NCBI GenBank assembly: GCA_030673965.1
Contig: JAUTCN010000005.1
Coordinates: 53,344-117,343, forward strand
Length of the DNA: 64,000 nucleotides
Reading direction: 5' to 3'
DNA from: Fusobacterium sp. JB019
Lineage (GTDB): Bacteria > Fusobacteriota > Fusobacteriia > Fusobacteriales > Fusobacteriaceae
The translations under genes were made by a program, and so were the position numbers. The notes under the pieces were generated by a model. The model was not told the DNA's origin and ran no database searches. It was given only the letters and a program-made list of their open reading frames with translations. This document shows positions 29,042 to 39,446 of the stretch, piece by piece; the first letter of the stretch is position 1; each line of letters opens with the position of its first letter.

Positions 29042-29845
29042 ATGGACGAAAATTTAAAATTATTAGAAGATATGAAAAAATTAGGTTTAAATCAATATGA
29101 GGCAAAAGCTTATACAAAGTTGTTGGAAAATTTTCCTTTGAATGGATATAGCTTGAGTAAAACTTCAGGAGTTCCTAGATCTAAAATATATGAAGTTTTA
29201 GATAATTTGCTAAAAAAGCAATTAGTATTTAGTAAAAAAATAGAATCAGGGCTAGTTTATTTCCCTTTAGAGCCAAAATTATTCATAAGTAAAATAAAAA
29301 AAAATTATGAGTCTGTATTAAAAAATGTAGAAGAAAAAACAAATGAACTTTATTTGAAAAATATAGTTCACTATGATACTAAAATTCTTTCTGGTAGAAA
29401 AGAAATATTTAGTTTTCTAAATTTAATAATTGGATTAGCTGAAGAAAGGATAGACGTTTCAATTTGGGATGAAGAATTTTTACAATTATCAGATAGTTTA
29501 ATAGAAGCAGAAAAAAGAGGGATTATTGTAAAGGGAATTTATTTTGGATATAATAATAAATTAAAAAATGTATTGACTCATAGAAGGCTTAAAACTTATC
29601 TTAGTGAAAAAGAAGAGAGAAATATTGTTGTGATTATTGATAGAAAAGAAGCTATTACTGGGATAGTTTCAAGGGGAGAGGCTAGTCAAGTTTCTTGGAC
29701 AAATGATCCAGGAATTATAGATATAACAAGTGACTATATAGTTCATGATTTAATGGTGAATTCATATTCAAACTCTTTATCAGAAAAGCAAAGGAAAGAA
29801 TACGAAGACGCTATGGATGAAGTAAGAAAAGAATATTTCGAATAA
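29042..29845 (+). CDS. TrmB family transcriptional regulator
   Basis: LGLNQYEAKAY..LL, LSKTSGVPRSKIYEVL..L. Confidence 0.88.
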   Translation: MDENLKLLEDMKKLGLNQYEAKAYTKLLENFPLNGYSLSKTSGVPRSKIYEVLDNLLKKQLVFSKKIESGLVYFPLEPKLFISKIKKNYESVLKNVEEKTNELYLKNIVHYDTKILSGRKEIFSFLNLIIGLAEERIDVSIWDEEFLQLSDSLIEAEKRGIIVKGIYFGYNNKLKNVLTHRRLKTYLSEKEERNIVVIIDRKEAITGIVSRGEASQVSWTNDPGIIDITSDYIVHDLMVNSYSNSLSEKQRKEYEDAMDEVRKEYFE

Positions 29846-29859
29846 AATAGGGGGAGAGA

Positions 29860-30723
29860 ATGGATAAATTAAAAGTAATGGGGGCGATGCTAACCTTTTC
29901 AACCATAGGAATATTTATAAAAAATATAGATTTATCTTCAAGTGAGATTGCTTTTTCAAGAGGGATAATAGGGAGTGTTTTTTTATTGATAACGAGTTAT
30001 ATATTAAAGACAAATGTATCAGTAACATCAATAAAGGGAAATTTAAAATTATTAGTTTTTTCAGGAATTGCAATGGGATTAAATTGGATGTTTTTATTTG
30101 AAGCTTACAAATATACTACAATTTCAATAGCTACAATTTCTTATTATTTTGCGCCTATTTTTGTAATGATTGCATCTCCTTTGCTTCTTAAGGAAAAAAT
30201 TAGTTTAAAAAAAGTTATATGTATATGTTTAGCTATGATTGGGATGTTGATGATTGTAGGGACTAATAAATCTTCAAGTGGAAATGTGGAATATAATCAT
30301 CTTTTAGGAATATTTTATGGGATTTTAGCAGCTGTTTTTTATGCAAGTGTAATTATTTCAAATAAGTTTATTATAAATATTTCCCCTGGAGATAGAACAA
30401 TAGTTCAGTTGTTTGTAGCTGCAATTATGCTAATCCCTTATATATTATTAACAACTGGATTTAATTTTGGGTCACTTCATGGAATATCTTTATATAGTTT
30501 ATTATTTTTAGGAATAATTCATACAGGATTAGCATATACTATTTATTTTTCAGCAATAAAAAATTTAAAAGGGCAAACTTTAGCAATATTAAGTTATATA
30601 GATCCTATATTTGCAGTTTTAATTTCAACTTTATTTTTAAAAGAAAGTTTAGGAATTTTTCAAATTATAGGAGCAGTATTAATATTAGGATCAACTTTTA
30701 TAAGTGAAATAAATGACAAATAA
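29860..30723 (+). CDS. EamA/DMT family transporter
   Basis: Two EamA repeats; paralog of 3670..4527. Confidence 0.9.
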   Translation: MDKLKVMGAMLTFSTIGIFIKNIDLSSSEIAFSRGIIGSVFLLITSYILKTNVSVTSIKGNLKLLVFSGIAMGLNWMFLFEAYKYTTISIATISYYFAPIFVMIASPLLLKEKISLKKVICICLAMIGMLMIVGTNKSSSGNVEYNHLLGIFYGILAAVFYASVIISNKFIINISPGDRTIVQLFVAAIMLIPYILLTTGFNFGSLHGISLYSLLFLGIIHTGLAYTIYFSAIKNLKGQTLAILSYIDPIFAVLISTLFLKESLGIFQIIGAVLILGSTFISEINDK

Positions 30724-30790
30724 AGGAAACCCTTTATTTTTAGGTATTTCTATGATAAAATTAGATATAAATATACTTGGAGGAAAGTTA

Positions 30791-31333
30791 ATGTCGTTAA
30801 AGTTAAAGAGAGGTTTTTTAGATTTTTTTATTTTATTTTTTGTTAGTATTGTTTCAGTTGGAGGAATGTTATTTTTTAGAAATTCAAATATGGAAACTTT
30901 GGTTTACTCTGTAGGAGCAGGAATATCTTTTATTGGATTTATAGGGTATGTGATAGTTTTAATGAAATTAGATTTTAAATCTAAAAATTTAGTATTTTAT
31001 TCTCTGGCAGGAATTGCTTTATTTTTATCAACTTTAGGATTATGTGTAGTTTTAGTTGAAAATAAACCTATTATTGAAATGTTAATATCGAAGATTGTGT
31101 ATGTATTTGTTATTGGTGCTATGATAATACTTGGGAGTAAGGTTCCTTCTAAGAAAAATATTAATATTTTAGCTATAATTTCAAGTGCTTTTGTTTTGAG
31201 CAGTTTCGCAGCTCAAAGAATTTTGAAGGAGAATAATGCGGCTGAGTTTATAATGTTAGGAATAGCAGTTATTTGTATTTTTGCAACTGACATAGCTATA
31301 ATTATGAAAAGTTATATTAATGGAGAAAAATAA
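30791..31333 (+). CDS. Hypothetical membrane protein
   Basis: About 6 hydrophobic segments; start moved to ATG 30791 (GGAGG SD). Confidence 0.6.
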   Translation: MSLKLKRGFLDFFILFFVSIVSVGGMLFFRNSNMETLVYSVGAGISFIGFIGYVIVLMKLDFKSKNLVFYSLAGIALFLSTLGLCVVLVENKPIIEMLISKIVYVFVIGAMIILGSKVPSKKNINILAIISSAFVLSSFAAQRILKENNAAEFIMLGIAVICIFATDIAIIMKSYINGEK

Positions 31334-31335
31334 TT

Positions 31336-32226
31336 ATGAGATTTTTAAGTTTTTTATCTAATTATAGAACTCCCTTTGGAGATACTTTTTGGAATTTAAT
31401 TACTAGACTAGGAGAAGGGACAACTATAATAATTATATTGTGTATTATTTATTGGTGTGTTAATAAAAAGCTAGGAAAAATATTAGGGTACATATTTTTT
31501 ATGTCATCTTTTTTAGTTCAAGGAATAAAGTTAGGTTTTGGAACAGCTAGACCTTGGGTAATTGATCCTAGTTTTAAAGCGGTTGATTTTGCTTTGAAAA
31601 AAGCTACAGGCTATTCCTTTCCAAGTGGACATGTTCAAAGTTCAACTTCTATATTTGCTGGATTAGCTTTTTATTTTAGAAGTAGATTTTTAAAAATAGT
31701 ATTAATTTTAGTACCATTGCTGGTTTGTTTTTCAAGAATGTATTTAGGGGTTCATACTCCAAAAGATGTAATTTTTGCTTTTGCTTTGACAGCTGCCATT
31801 GCCTTTGTAACTATAAAGTATACAAAGAAATATAGTAGATACCAAAGAATAGAGTTAATGATGATATCTGTTTTTTTAGGAATAATATTATTGGGTTATA
31901 CTTTTATTCTGTATAGTAAGAAAACAGTAGAGGTTAAATATTTGATAGATTCTTCTAAAGTTATAGGGGCTGGATTTGGATTTGTTTTAGGAAATTATTT
32001 AGAAGGTAATTTTGTTAAATTCAGAGTTAGAACTATAAGGATATGGGAACAAGGGTTTAAAATATTGCTTGGATTAATAGGAGTGGGATTATTAGATAAA
32101 TCATTTAAATTATTTAGTGATTTATTAGGTTTTGATGCTTTAATTATTTATGGATTAAAATATTTTATTTTAATGATTTGGATAATATGTTTATGGCCTA
32201 TGATTTTCAAAAGAATTTTAAAATAA
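31336..32226 (+). CDS. PAP2 family membrane phosphatase
   Basis: K......RP, SFPSGH, SRMYLGVH. Confidence 0.88.
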   Translation: MRFLSFLSNYRTPFGDTFWNLITRLGEGTTIIIILCIIYWCVNKKLGKILGYIFFMSSFLVQGIKLGFGTARPWVIDPSFKAVDFALKKATGYSFPSGHVQSSTSIFAGLAFYFRSRFLKIVLILVPLLVCFSRMYLGVHTPKDVIFAFALTAAIAFVTIKYTKKYSRYQRIELMMISVFLGIILLGYTFILYSKKTVEVKYLIDSSKVIGAGFGFVLGNYLEGNFVKFRVRTIRIWEQGFKILLGLIGVGLLDKSFKLFSDLLGFDALIIYGLKYFILMIWIICLWPMIFKRILK

Positions 32227-32259
32227 AAAAAAGACAGAGATTAATCTCTGTCTTTTTTT
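32226..32259. terminator. Bidirectional terminator (34-bp spacer-less palindrome)
   Basis: AAAAAAAGACAGAGATT|AATCTCTGTCTTTTTTT. Confidence 0.85.
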
Positions 32260-32265
32260 ATTTGC

Positions 32266-32898
32266 CTATTTATTTTTAATACAAAGATCTTTAAACATTG
32301 GTAATGTTAAGCACCAATCACAAAAAGCACCCCAATCTTCTTTTAATTTATGATGCCTTCTTTGATTATAAATACTTTTTAATTGAAGATAATTAGTTGT
32401 TACTCTCATAGTTTGCTCTAAACCAAGAGGAGCATTTGAAATAATTTTCATAAATACTTTATATTTATCATATGTGTTTTCTTTGATAGTTATTTCATTT
32501 TTATCTTCAGGGAAAGAATTATAGATATCTACCCATTTTTGAAGATTTTCAATAACAACGTCATCAACATATTTATTACAAGTTTTATTTAAATCCATTC
32601 TTGTAATTCTATGCATTTTTGAAGTTGAACTTACAATATCTGCAAAATGATATCTTTGGAATTGTGGAGTCCAGTAATTAGGATAAGTAATATCAAATTG
32701 TACTGTAATTCCTTTTAAGAAACAATCATGTCCACTTCCAGGGATAGCATTACCTAAATGTTTTATTCTCTTAATTTCTTTTTCAGATAGTTCATCAATA
32801 TCGTCATAACATGGGATTTCTCCGCTAATCATAGGGTATCCGCTAGCTTTTGCGCTTTCTTCTAAACCATAAACGTTTACATTAAATATTTTTAGCAT
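32266..32898 (-). CDS. Conserved hypothetical protein, divergent ThyX-like family
   Basis: GSGHDCFL..I.VQFDIT.P.YW..QFQRYHF...VSSTSKMH and TNY.QLKSIY.QRRHHKL..W..FC.W...LP resemble a phage/Clostridia family with ThyX-like motif spacing. Confidence 0.55.
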   Translation of the reverse strand: MLKIFNVNVYGLEESAKASGYPMISGEIPCYDDIDELSEKEIKRIKHLGNAIPGSGHDCFLKGITVQFDITYPNYWTPQFQRYHFADIVSSTSKMHRITRMDLNKTCNKYVDDVVIENLQKWVDIYNSFPEDKNEITIKENTYDKYKVFMKIISNAPLGLEQTMRVTTNYLQLKSIYNQRRHHKLKEDWGAFCDWCLTLPMFKDLCIKNK

Positions 32899-33102
32899 TG
32901 GTTATGTACCTCCTTAAAATATGCTTCTTTTCATTATAAAATATAAATTAAAAACAGTCAAATAAAAATATTCAATATTAGTATTAGAAAGTATTAAAAA
33001 GTTATGGTATAATAGATGAAGGTTATGAATTATAATGCGTTTAGAAATAAAAATTTTATAATTTTGTTATGAAATAAAAGATTTAAGGGGGAAATATAAA
33101 GA

Positions 33103-34050
33103 ATGAAAAATAATAGAGTGTGTGAAATATTGGGAATAAAATATCCTATAATTCAAGGAGCTATGGCTTGGATAGCTGATGGAACTTTAGCTGGAGGAGT
33201 ATCTAAAGCAGGAGGACTAGGGATTATTGCTGGTGGTGGAATGCCTTTAGATATTTTAAGAAAAGAAATAAAGACAGCAAAAGAAATAGCAGGAGATAAA
33301 CCTTTTGGTGTAAATTTAATGTTAATGATGGAAAATGTAGAAAAGCAAATAGATATATGTATCGAAGAAGGTGTGAAAGTTGTAACAACTGGAGCTGGAA
33401 ATCCTGGAGTATATATGGAAAAATTAAAAGCAGCAAATATAAAAGTAATCCCAGTAGTTGCTTCAGTAGCTCTTGCTAAAAGAATGGCAAGAATTGGAGC
33501 AGATGCAGTTATTGCAGAAGGACTTGAAGCAGGGGGACATATTGGAGAAATAACTACAATGGCTCTGACTCCTCAGGTAGTTGAGGCAGTAGAGATTCCT
33601 GTTATATTAGCTGGTGGAATTGGTGGAGGGAAACAATTCTTAGCAGCATATGCTCTTGGAGCAGAAGGGGTACAAGTAGGAACTAAATTTTTAGTAGCTG
33701 AAGAGTGTAATGTTCATGATAATTACAAACAAGCAATTATAAAAGCTAAAGATAGATCGACAGTTGCAACAGGAACTTTTACAGGTCATCCAGTTAGAGT
33801 AATTGAAAATAAATTAGCTAAAGAAATGTTGAGTTTAGAAAAAGCAGGAGCTCCTATAGAAGAAATGGAAAAATTAGGTGTTGGAAGATTAAAACTTGCA
33901 GCAGTTGATGGAGATGTTAAAGAAGGAAGTGTTATGGCTGGTCAAGTAGCATCTATGGTTAAAAAAAGAGAAACAGCTTTAGATATAATTTTAGGTTTAA
34001 TGAATGATTTAGAAATTGAAAAAGAAAGATTAATGAATTATTTAGGATAA
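33103..34050 (+). CDS. fabK: Enoyl-ACP reductase II
   Basis: [40 protein letters not shown]. Confidence 0.93.
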   Translation: MKNNRVCEILGIKYPIIQGAMAWIADGTLAGGVSKAGGLGIIAGGGMPLDILRKEIKTAKEIAGDKPFGVNLMLMMENVEKQIDICIEEGVKVVTTGAGNPGVYMEKLKAANIKVIPVVASVALAKRMARIGADAVIAEGLEAGGHIGEITTMALTPQVVEAVEIPVILAGGIGGGKQFLAAYALGAEGVQVGTKFLVAEECNVHDNYKQAIIKAKDRSTVATGTFTGHPVRVIENKLAKEMLSLEKAGAPIEEMEKLGVGRLKLAAVDGDVKEGSVMAGQVASMVKKRETALDIILGLMNDLEIEKERLMNYLG

Positions 34051-34079
34051 AAAGTACTAAAAATTAAATAAAAAACATA

Positions 34080-34110
34080 AAAAAGAAATAATTTTATATT
34101 ATTTCTTTTT
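34080..34110 (+). terminator. Terminator after fabK
   Basis: AAAAAGAAATAAT-tttat-ATTATTTCTTTTT. Confidence 0.6.
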
Positions 34111-34317
34111 TTGTTGTTGTTGAAATTAAAATGTTGAAATAACAAAACTTAAATATGATAATTAAATGGTTGAATAACACATTTAAAAAGTATTTTTGGG
34201 TATACATTGTTTAAATTTGTTTTTATAAATAGTATTTTTGCCAAGAAAAGTTGAAAAAAACGTAAAAATATATTATAATTCTGTTATGTGTACATAAAAT
34301 AACTAGGAGGGTGAAAA

Positions 34318-35856
34318 ATGAAACAGAAAAAGGGTATGTTTAACAGATTTCTTGACGGAGTCGAAGTTGTAGGTAATAAATTACCTCATCCAATGACAAT
34401 TTTTGTTATGTTATCATTAATTGTTGTAGTTGTATCGGCTATTTGTGCTAAAGCAGGAGTTTCAGTAGATTATACTGGAATAAATAGAAAAACTTTTGAA
34501 ATAGGTGCAATTCATTTAAAAGCAAAATCATTGCTTAGTCCAGAAGGAATAAGATATGCATTTAATAGTATGACTAAAAACTTTACAAGTTTTGCTCCTT
34601 TAGGAACAGTATTAGTTGCAATTATAGGGGTTGGAGTAGCAGATGGAAGTGGATTAATACACGCTTGTTTAAGAAAGTTAGTTTTATCGACTTCACCAAA
34701 GCTATTAACAGCAGTTTTAGTTTTTGCAGGGATAATGTCAAATATAGCTTCTGATGCAGGATATGTAGTTTTAGTTCCACTTGGAGCTGTAATATTTATG
34801 TCAGTTGGAAGACATCCATTAGCAGGAATTGCTGCAGCATTTGCAGGAGTTTCAGGAGGATTCTCAGCTAACTTATTAATAGGAACTCTTGATCCACTAT
34901 TAGGAGGGATATCAACAGAGGCTGCTAGAATATTTATTCCGGATTATGTAGTTTTACCAACAGCGAACTGGTACTTCATGGTAGTTTCAACTTTCTTAAT
35001 TACTTTTATAGGTACTTATATTACAGAAAAAATTGTTGAACCAAGACTTGGGGAATATAAAGGAGCGCATAAGGAAGAATTAGGAGAAGTTGGAGATTTA
35101 GAGAAAAAAGGATTAAAACATGCAGGAATATCTTTAGTAATTTATTTAATAATTGTTTTAGCATTAACAGTTCCACAAAATGCAATATTTAGAGAAAATG
35201 GTAGTATTGTTAATTTTATGAGAAATGGTTTATTACCTGGAATTATGTTCTTCTTCATGATACCTGGATATTTTTATGGTAGAGCAGTTGGAACAATAAA
35301 ATCAGATAAAGATCTAGTTAAATTAATAGGAAAAGCATTGAGTGGAATGGGTGGATATATGGCCTTAGTATTTGCTGCTGCTCAATTTATAAAATATTTT
35401 TCTTATACAAACTTAGGAACAATAGTTGCAGTTAAAGGGGCAGATGTTCTTGAAGCAATAGGATTTACAGGTTTCCCATTAATTGTAGGTTTTGTAATAG
35501 TTTCAGCTTTCTTGAATTTATTTATGGGTTCTGCATCAGCTAAATGGGCTATTATGGCACCTGTATTTATTCCAATGTTTATGAAATTAGGATTTACTCC
35601 TGAATTTACTCAAGCAATGTACAGAATAGGAGATTCGTCAACTAATATAATTTCTCCTTTAATGTCATATTTTGCATTTATAGTTGCTTATGCTCAAAAA
35701 TATGATGAAGATAGTGGAATAGGAACTTTAATATCAACAATGTTACCTTATTCTTTATGTTTCTTATTTGCTTGGTTAGCATTATTAATGATTTGGTATT
35801 TCGCAGGATTACCAATTGGACCTGGAGTATCAACTACTATGCAAATGGTATTATAA
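34318..35856 (+). CDS. AbgT family transporter
   Basis: GNKLPHP, NFTSFAPLG, GGFSAN, SASAKWA, YRIGDSSTNIISP. Confidence 0.92.
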   Translation: MKQKKGMFNRFLDGVEVVGNKLPHPMTIFVMLSLIVVVVSAICAKAGVSVDYTGINRKTFEIGAIHLKAKSLLSPEGIRYAFNSMTKNFTSFAPLGTVLVAIIGVGVADGSGLIHACLRKLVLSTSPKLLTAVLVFAGIMSNIASDAGYVVLVPLGAVIFMSVGRHPLAGIAAAFAGVSGGFSANLLIGTLDPLLGGISTEAARIFIPDYVVLPTANWYFMVVSTFLITFIGTYITEKIVEPRLGEYKGAHKEELGEVGDLEKKGLKHAGISLVIYLIIVLALTVPQNAIFRENGSIVNFMRNGLLPGIMFFFMIPGYFYGRAVGTIKSDKDLVKLIGKALSGMGGYMALVFAAAQFIKYFSYTNLGTIVAVKGADVLEAIGFTGFPLIVGFVIVSAFLNLFMGSASAKWAIMAPVFIPMFMKLGFTPEFTQAMYRIGDSSTNIISPLMSYFAFIVAYAQKYDEDSGIGTLISTMLPYSLCFLFAWLALLMIWYFAGLPIGPGVSTTMQMVL

Positions 35857-35881
35857 GAATATAATAAGGAGAGTAGAATAA

Positions 35882-37267
35882 ATGGATATACAAAATGAAG
35901 TTTTAAAATACAAAGATGAAGTAATAAAATCATTACAAGAATCTATTAGAATAAAAAGTGTGGAAGAAGAATCAAAACCAGGAATGCCATTTGGTGAAGG
36001 ACCTGCAAAGGCGTTGAATCATTTTTTAGAAGTTGCAAAAAAATTAGGATTTGAAACAGAAAATTTTGATAATTACGTTGGTCATATTGAGTTTGGTCAA
36101 GGAGAAGAATCTATAGGAATATTAGGTCATGTAGATGTTGTTCCTGAAGGGACTGGTTGGGATTACCCTGCTTATTCAGGCGAGATTGTAAATAATAAAA
36201 TGTATGGAAGAGGAACTTTAGATGATAAAGGACCACTAATGATAGCTCTTTACGCAATGAAAACTTTAAAAGATTTGGGAGTACCAATGAAAAGAAAAGT
36301 TAGAATGATAGTTGGTGCTAATGAAGAAACTAATTGGGGATGTATGAAGCATTATTTTGGTAAATTAAATATGCCTCAACCAGTTATGTCTTTTACTCCT
36401 GATAGTACTTTTCCAGTAACATTTGCTGAAAAAGGTATAATGAGAGGACTTATTAAGATTAAGACAGACTCTAAAGATATTAAATTAGAAGGAGGAAAAG
36501 TATATAATGCTGTTCCTGAAAAAGCAATATTAAGCTTACCAATTTCTTATAAAGAAGAAATTGAAAAAAAATTAGTAGATTATAATGCAGGAAAAGAATA
36601 TAAAATAGAAAGTAAAGTTGAAAAGGATAAAGTGGTATTAACTTCTTTTGGAAAATCTGCTCATGCAGCTCATCCAGAATCAGGATATAATTCATTATCT
36701 TCATTGATGAATTTTATTGATTTATTAAATATTGAAATTTCAGGATTAAAAGAAATGGGAAAATATTTTGCTGAAAATGTAAAAATGGAATATAACGGAA
36801 AATCTGCAGGACTTTTTTATGAGGATGAACCATCTGGAGAAATTACGATGAATTATGGAAAAGCTTTTGTAGAGGATGGGTACGTTGTTGTATCTGTAGA
36901 TACTAGATATCCTGTTACAATTGATTATAATGAGTTGAAAACTAAATTATTAAAATTATTAGAAAAATATAATATGGAATTTGTACCTTTAAAAGAAGAA
37001 GGACCTCTTTATGTTGCTAAAGATAATTTTTTAGTGAAAACACTAACAGATATTTATCAAGAAGTTACAGGAGATCCTGATGGAGAACCTCGTTCTACAG
37101 GAGGAGGAACTTATGCTAAAGCAGTTAAGAATTGTGTCGCATTTGGAGCTTTATTGAAAGGAACTACTGACACAATGCATCAAAAAAATGAATGTATAGA
37201 TTTATCTACTATAGATACTTTATTAAAAATTTATATAGAAGCAATTTATAGATTAGCTAATGGATAA
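35882..37267 (+). CDS. pepV: M20 dipeptidase PepV
   Basis: LGHVDVVP, YGRGTLDDKGP, GANEET, GGGTYAK, HQKNE. Confidence 0.9.
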   Translation: MDIQNEVLKYKDEVIKSLQESIRIKSVEEESKPGMPFGEGPAKALNHFLEVAKKLGFETENFDNYVGHIEFGQGEESIGILGHVDVVPEGTGWDYPAYSGEIVNNKMYGRGTLDDKGPLMIALYAMKTLKDLGVPMKRKVRMIVGANEETNWGCMKHYFGKLNMPQPVMSFTPDSTFPVTFAEKGIMRGLIKIKTDSKDIKLEGGKVYNAVPEKAILSLPISYKEEIEKKLVDYNAGKEYKIESKVEKDKVVLTSFGKSAHAAHPESGYNSLSSLMNFIDLLNIEISGLKEMGKYFAENVKMEYNGKSAGLFYEDEPSGEITMNYGKAFVEDGYVVVSVDTRYPVTIDYNELKTKLLKLLEKYNMEFVPLKEEGPLYVAKDNFLVKTLTDIYQEVTGDPDGEPRSTGGGTYAKAVKNCVAFGALLKGTTDTMHQKNECIDLSTIDTLLKIYIEAIYRLANG

Positions 37268-37295
37268 AAACCCTACATGTTATATATAGTATAAA

Positions 37296-37326
37296 AAAAA
37301 GAGTGGATTACCCTTCCACTCTTTTT
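37296..37326. terminator. Bidirectional terminator between pepV and mnmA
   Basis: AAAAAGAGTGGA-ttaccct-TCCACTCTTTTT. Confidence 0.8.
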
Positions 37327-37351
37327 ACTATTATATGTAATTAATAAATTA

Positions 37352-38416
37352 TTACTCTTTTATAAATCCACTTGCAATAACTTCATAAGAGTCATCATAT
37401 AAAACAACTCCTTGACCAGGTGTAACTGCTCTAACTTGATCTTCTGTAAATATAACCTTTATTTCATTTTCGTTTAAAACTTCTATTTTACATGGGTGGA
37501 ATTTATCTCTAGATCTAGTTTTTGCTTTACAAATCATTCCATTTAAATCATTTAAAGAATTAACTTTTAAAAGGTTGATATCGTCTGCAATAAGAGATGA
37601 TTTGAATAATTCTTCATTACTTCCAAGAATAACTTCATTTTTAGTTCCATCTAATTTTAAAACATAATATGGAGAAGGAGCAGCGATTCCTAATCCTTTT
37701 CTTTGACCTATAGTATAAAAAGCAAGTCCTTTATGTTTTCCTAATATATTTCCTTTTGTATCAACAAAATTTCCAGGCTTAACAATCTTTCCTTTAGTTT
37801 TTTCAATTAAAAATTCTTTTAATTTTCCATCTTCCACAAAGCAAATTTCTTGAGAATCTTTTTTAGAATAAACTCTTACTCCTAAATCTTTTCCTAATTG
37901 TCTAACTTCTTCTTTGCTTATATTTCCAAGGGGAAATATAATATGTTTTAATTTTTCTTTTGACACTTGAGAAAGAAAATAAGCTTGATCTTTTTTTAAG
38001 TCTTCTCCAATCTTTAAAGAGCCATCACTGATATTACTATAGTGACCAGTAGCCATAAAATCAGCACCTTTTTCTAGACAGAAATCAATTAATGCTCCCA
38101 TTTTAATATATTTATTACAAACCATACAAGGATTTGGAGTTCTTCCATTATTATATTCTTGAACAAAATAGTCTACAACTTTATTTGAAAATTCTTCACT
38201 GATATCAAAAATATAGTGTTTAATTCCTAAGTCATCACAAACTTTTTTAGCATCAGCATCAATATCATTTTCAGTAGTCTTCATAGTGACTCCAAAAATA
38301 TTGAATCCTTTTTTCTTTAGAAGATATGCAGTTACAGAACTGTCAACACCTCCACTCATAGCTACAGCAATAGTAGCATTTTTATTTACATTTATATTTT
38401 CTAATATATTTTTCAT
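37352..38416 (-). CDS. mnmA: tRNA 2-thiouridine(34) synthase
   Basis: AMSGGVDSSV, TPNPC..CN..IK, ATGHY, KDQ.YFL, SQEICF, YTIGQRKGLG, TPGQ. Confidence 0.97.
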   Translation of the reverse strand: MKNILENINVNKNATIAVAMSGGVDSSVTAYLLKKKGFNIFGVTMKTTENDIDADAKKVCDDLGIKHYIFDISEEFSNKVVDYFVQEYNNGRTPNPCMVCNKYIKMGALIDFCLEKGADFMATGHYSNISDGSLKIGEDLKKDQAYFLSQVSKEKLKHIIFPLGNISKEEVRQLGKDLGVRVYSKKDSQEICFVEDGKLKEFLIEKTKGKIVKPGNFVDTKGNILGKHKGLAFYTIGQRKGLGIAAPSPYYVLKLDGTKNEVILGSNEELFKSSLIADDINLLKVNSLNDLNGMICKAKTRSRDKFHPCKIEVLNENEIKVIFTEDQVRAVTPGQGVVLYDDSYEVIASGFIKE

Positions 38417-38433
38417 AACCTACCCTCTATTCA

Positions 38434-39048
38434 TTATTTAAATAAAATATATCCTAGAGATACTATTCCAAAAGTAAGAATAATAAAACTAGAAATCTTA
38501 GACAATTTAATAAGAAGTTCATCATTAATAAATCTTTTAAAATAAGTTATTATTTGTACAGTTAAAAACCAAGAAAGAGATCCACTACTTCCAATTCCAA
38601 GAGCAAGTAAAAAATAATTATCTGAATCTCCAACTACACTTAAAAGAGTATAGATGAAAATTATAGTAACAATACCTGCAACATTAAGAAGAGAAAGTAT
38701 TAAACCATAGAAGAAATTTTGAATATAACCATAGTTATAGTCATAATTAGCTGGTTTTTTAATAATAACATCAGTATTTAATTTTTTGATTCCTAGGGCT
38801 ATAAGACAAATTCCAACTAATCCTTTAAAGAAAATTTCATGCTTTAAAATAAATACTTCAGCTTGATTGATAAAGAAAAATGCAAGTAGTCCATAAATGA
38901 CATCTGAAGCAACCATTCCCATCGCTGTAGTATATCCTTCTTTTTTACCTCCTATTAAAGTTTTTTCCATACAATAAAAACCAACAGGACCAAAGGGAAG
39001 AGATAGAATTATACCAGTTATAACACCTTTAAAAAAAGTAATGTTCAC
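38434..39048 (-). CDS. LysE family translocator
   Basis: G..LSLPFGPV, G.....GMVASD..Y; GTG start. Confidence 0.8.
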   Translation of the reverse strand: MNITFFKGVITGIILSLPFGPVGFYCMEKTLIGGKKEGYTTAMGMVASDVIYGLLAFFFINQAEVFILKHEIFFKGLVGICLIALGIKKLNTDVIIKKPANYDYNYGYIQNFFYGLILSLLNVAGIVTIIFIYTLLSVVGDSDNYFLLALGIGSSGSLSWFLTVQIITYFKRFINDELLIKLSKISSFIILTFGIVSLGYILFK

Positions 39049-39074
39049 TATTCCACATCCTTAAATTTATAAAG

Positions 39075-39422
39075 TTATAATTTATTTCCACACTTATGAC
39101 AATAAGTATCCTGAGGATTAACTCTAGCTCCGCAGTGATTACATACAGAGCCATTATTAACTATTCCTTCAATATCGTCATAAGAAACATTTTTAGTTTT
39201 TAAAATATTTTTAATTGATTCATTTTTGAGTTTATAAATACTATTACATTTAGTACAAACAATAAAATATTTTTTTGAAAATTTAAATAACGGTATAAAA
39301 AATAAAGAAAAAGAATTAGCCCTTTCAATTAATTTAGCATTCTCATTAATACAATTAACACATTTAAATTTAATATTTTCAATTATATTTTCTTTGCTTC
39401 CAAATCCCATAAGGAAAAACAT
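39075..39422 (-). CDS. Double zinc-ribbon protein
   Basis: CxxC pairs (CVNC, CTKC, CNHC, CHKC); F.LFFIP.F; start moved to ATG 39422. Confidence 0.8.
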   Translation of the reverse strand: MFFLMGFGSKENIIENIKFKCVNCINENAKLIERANSFSLFFIPLFKFSKKYFIVCTKCNSIYKLKNESIKNILKTKNVSYDDIEGIVNNGSVCNHCGARVNPQDTYCHKCGNKL

Positions 39423-39446
39423 AAGCCCCTCCAAGTAAACTTTAAA

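Noticed and set aside
3670-30723. Recent duplication of the EamA genes (and of the two AbgT genes)
   Set aside because: The proteins are clearly diverged, so these are ordinary old paralogs.
3032-35933. Other short or antisense ORFs in the track (e.g. 3032..3574, 5234..5473, 7422..7688, 8947..9222, 12020..12220, 18742..19041, 20605..20958, 24561..24875, 25981..26292, 33224..33436, 35748..35933)
   Set aside because: They overlap well-supported genes on the opposite strand or another frame and have low-complexity F/L/I/S-rich translations typical of AT-rich shadow frames.
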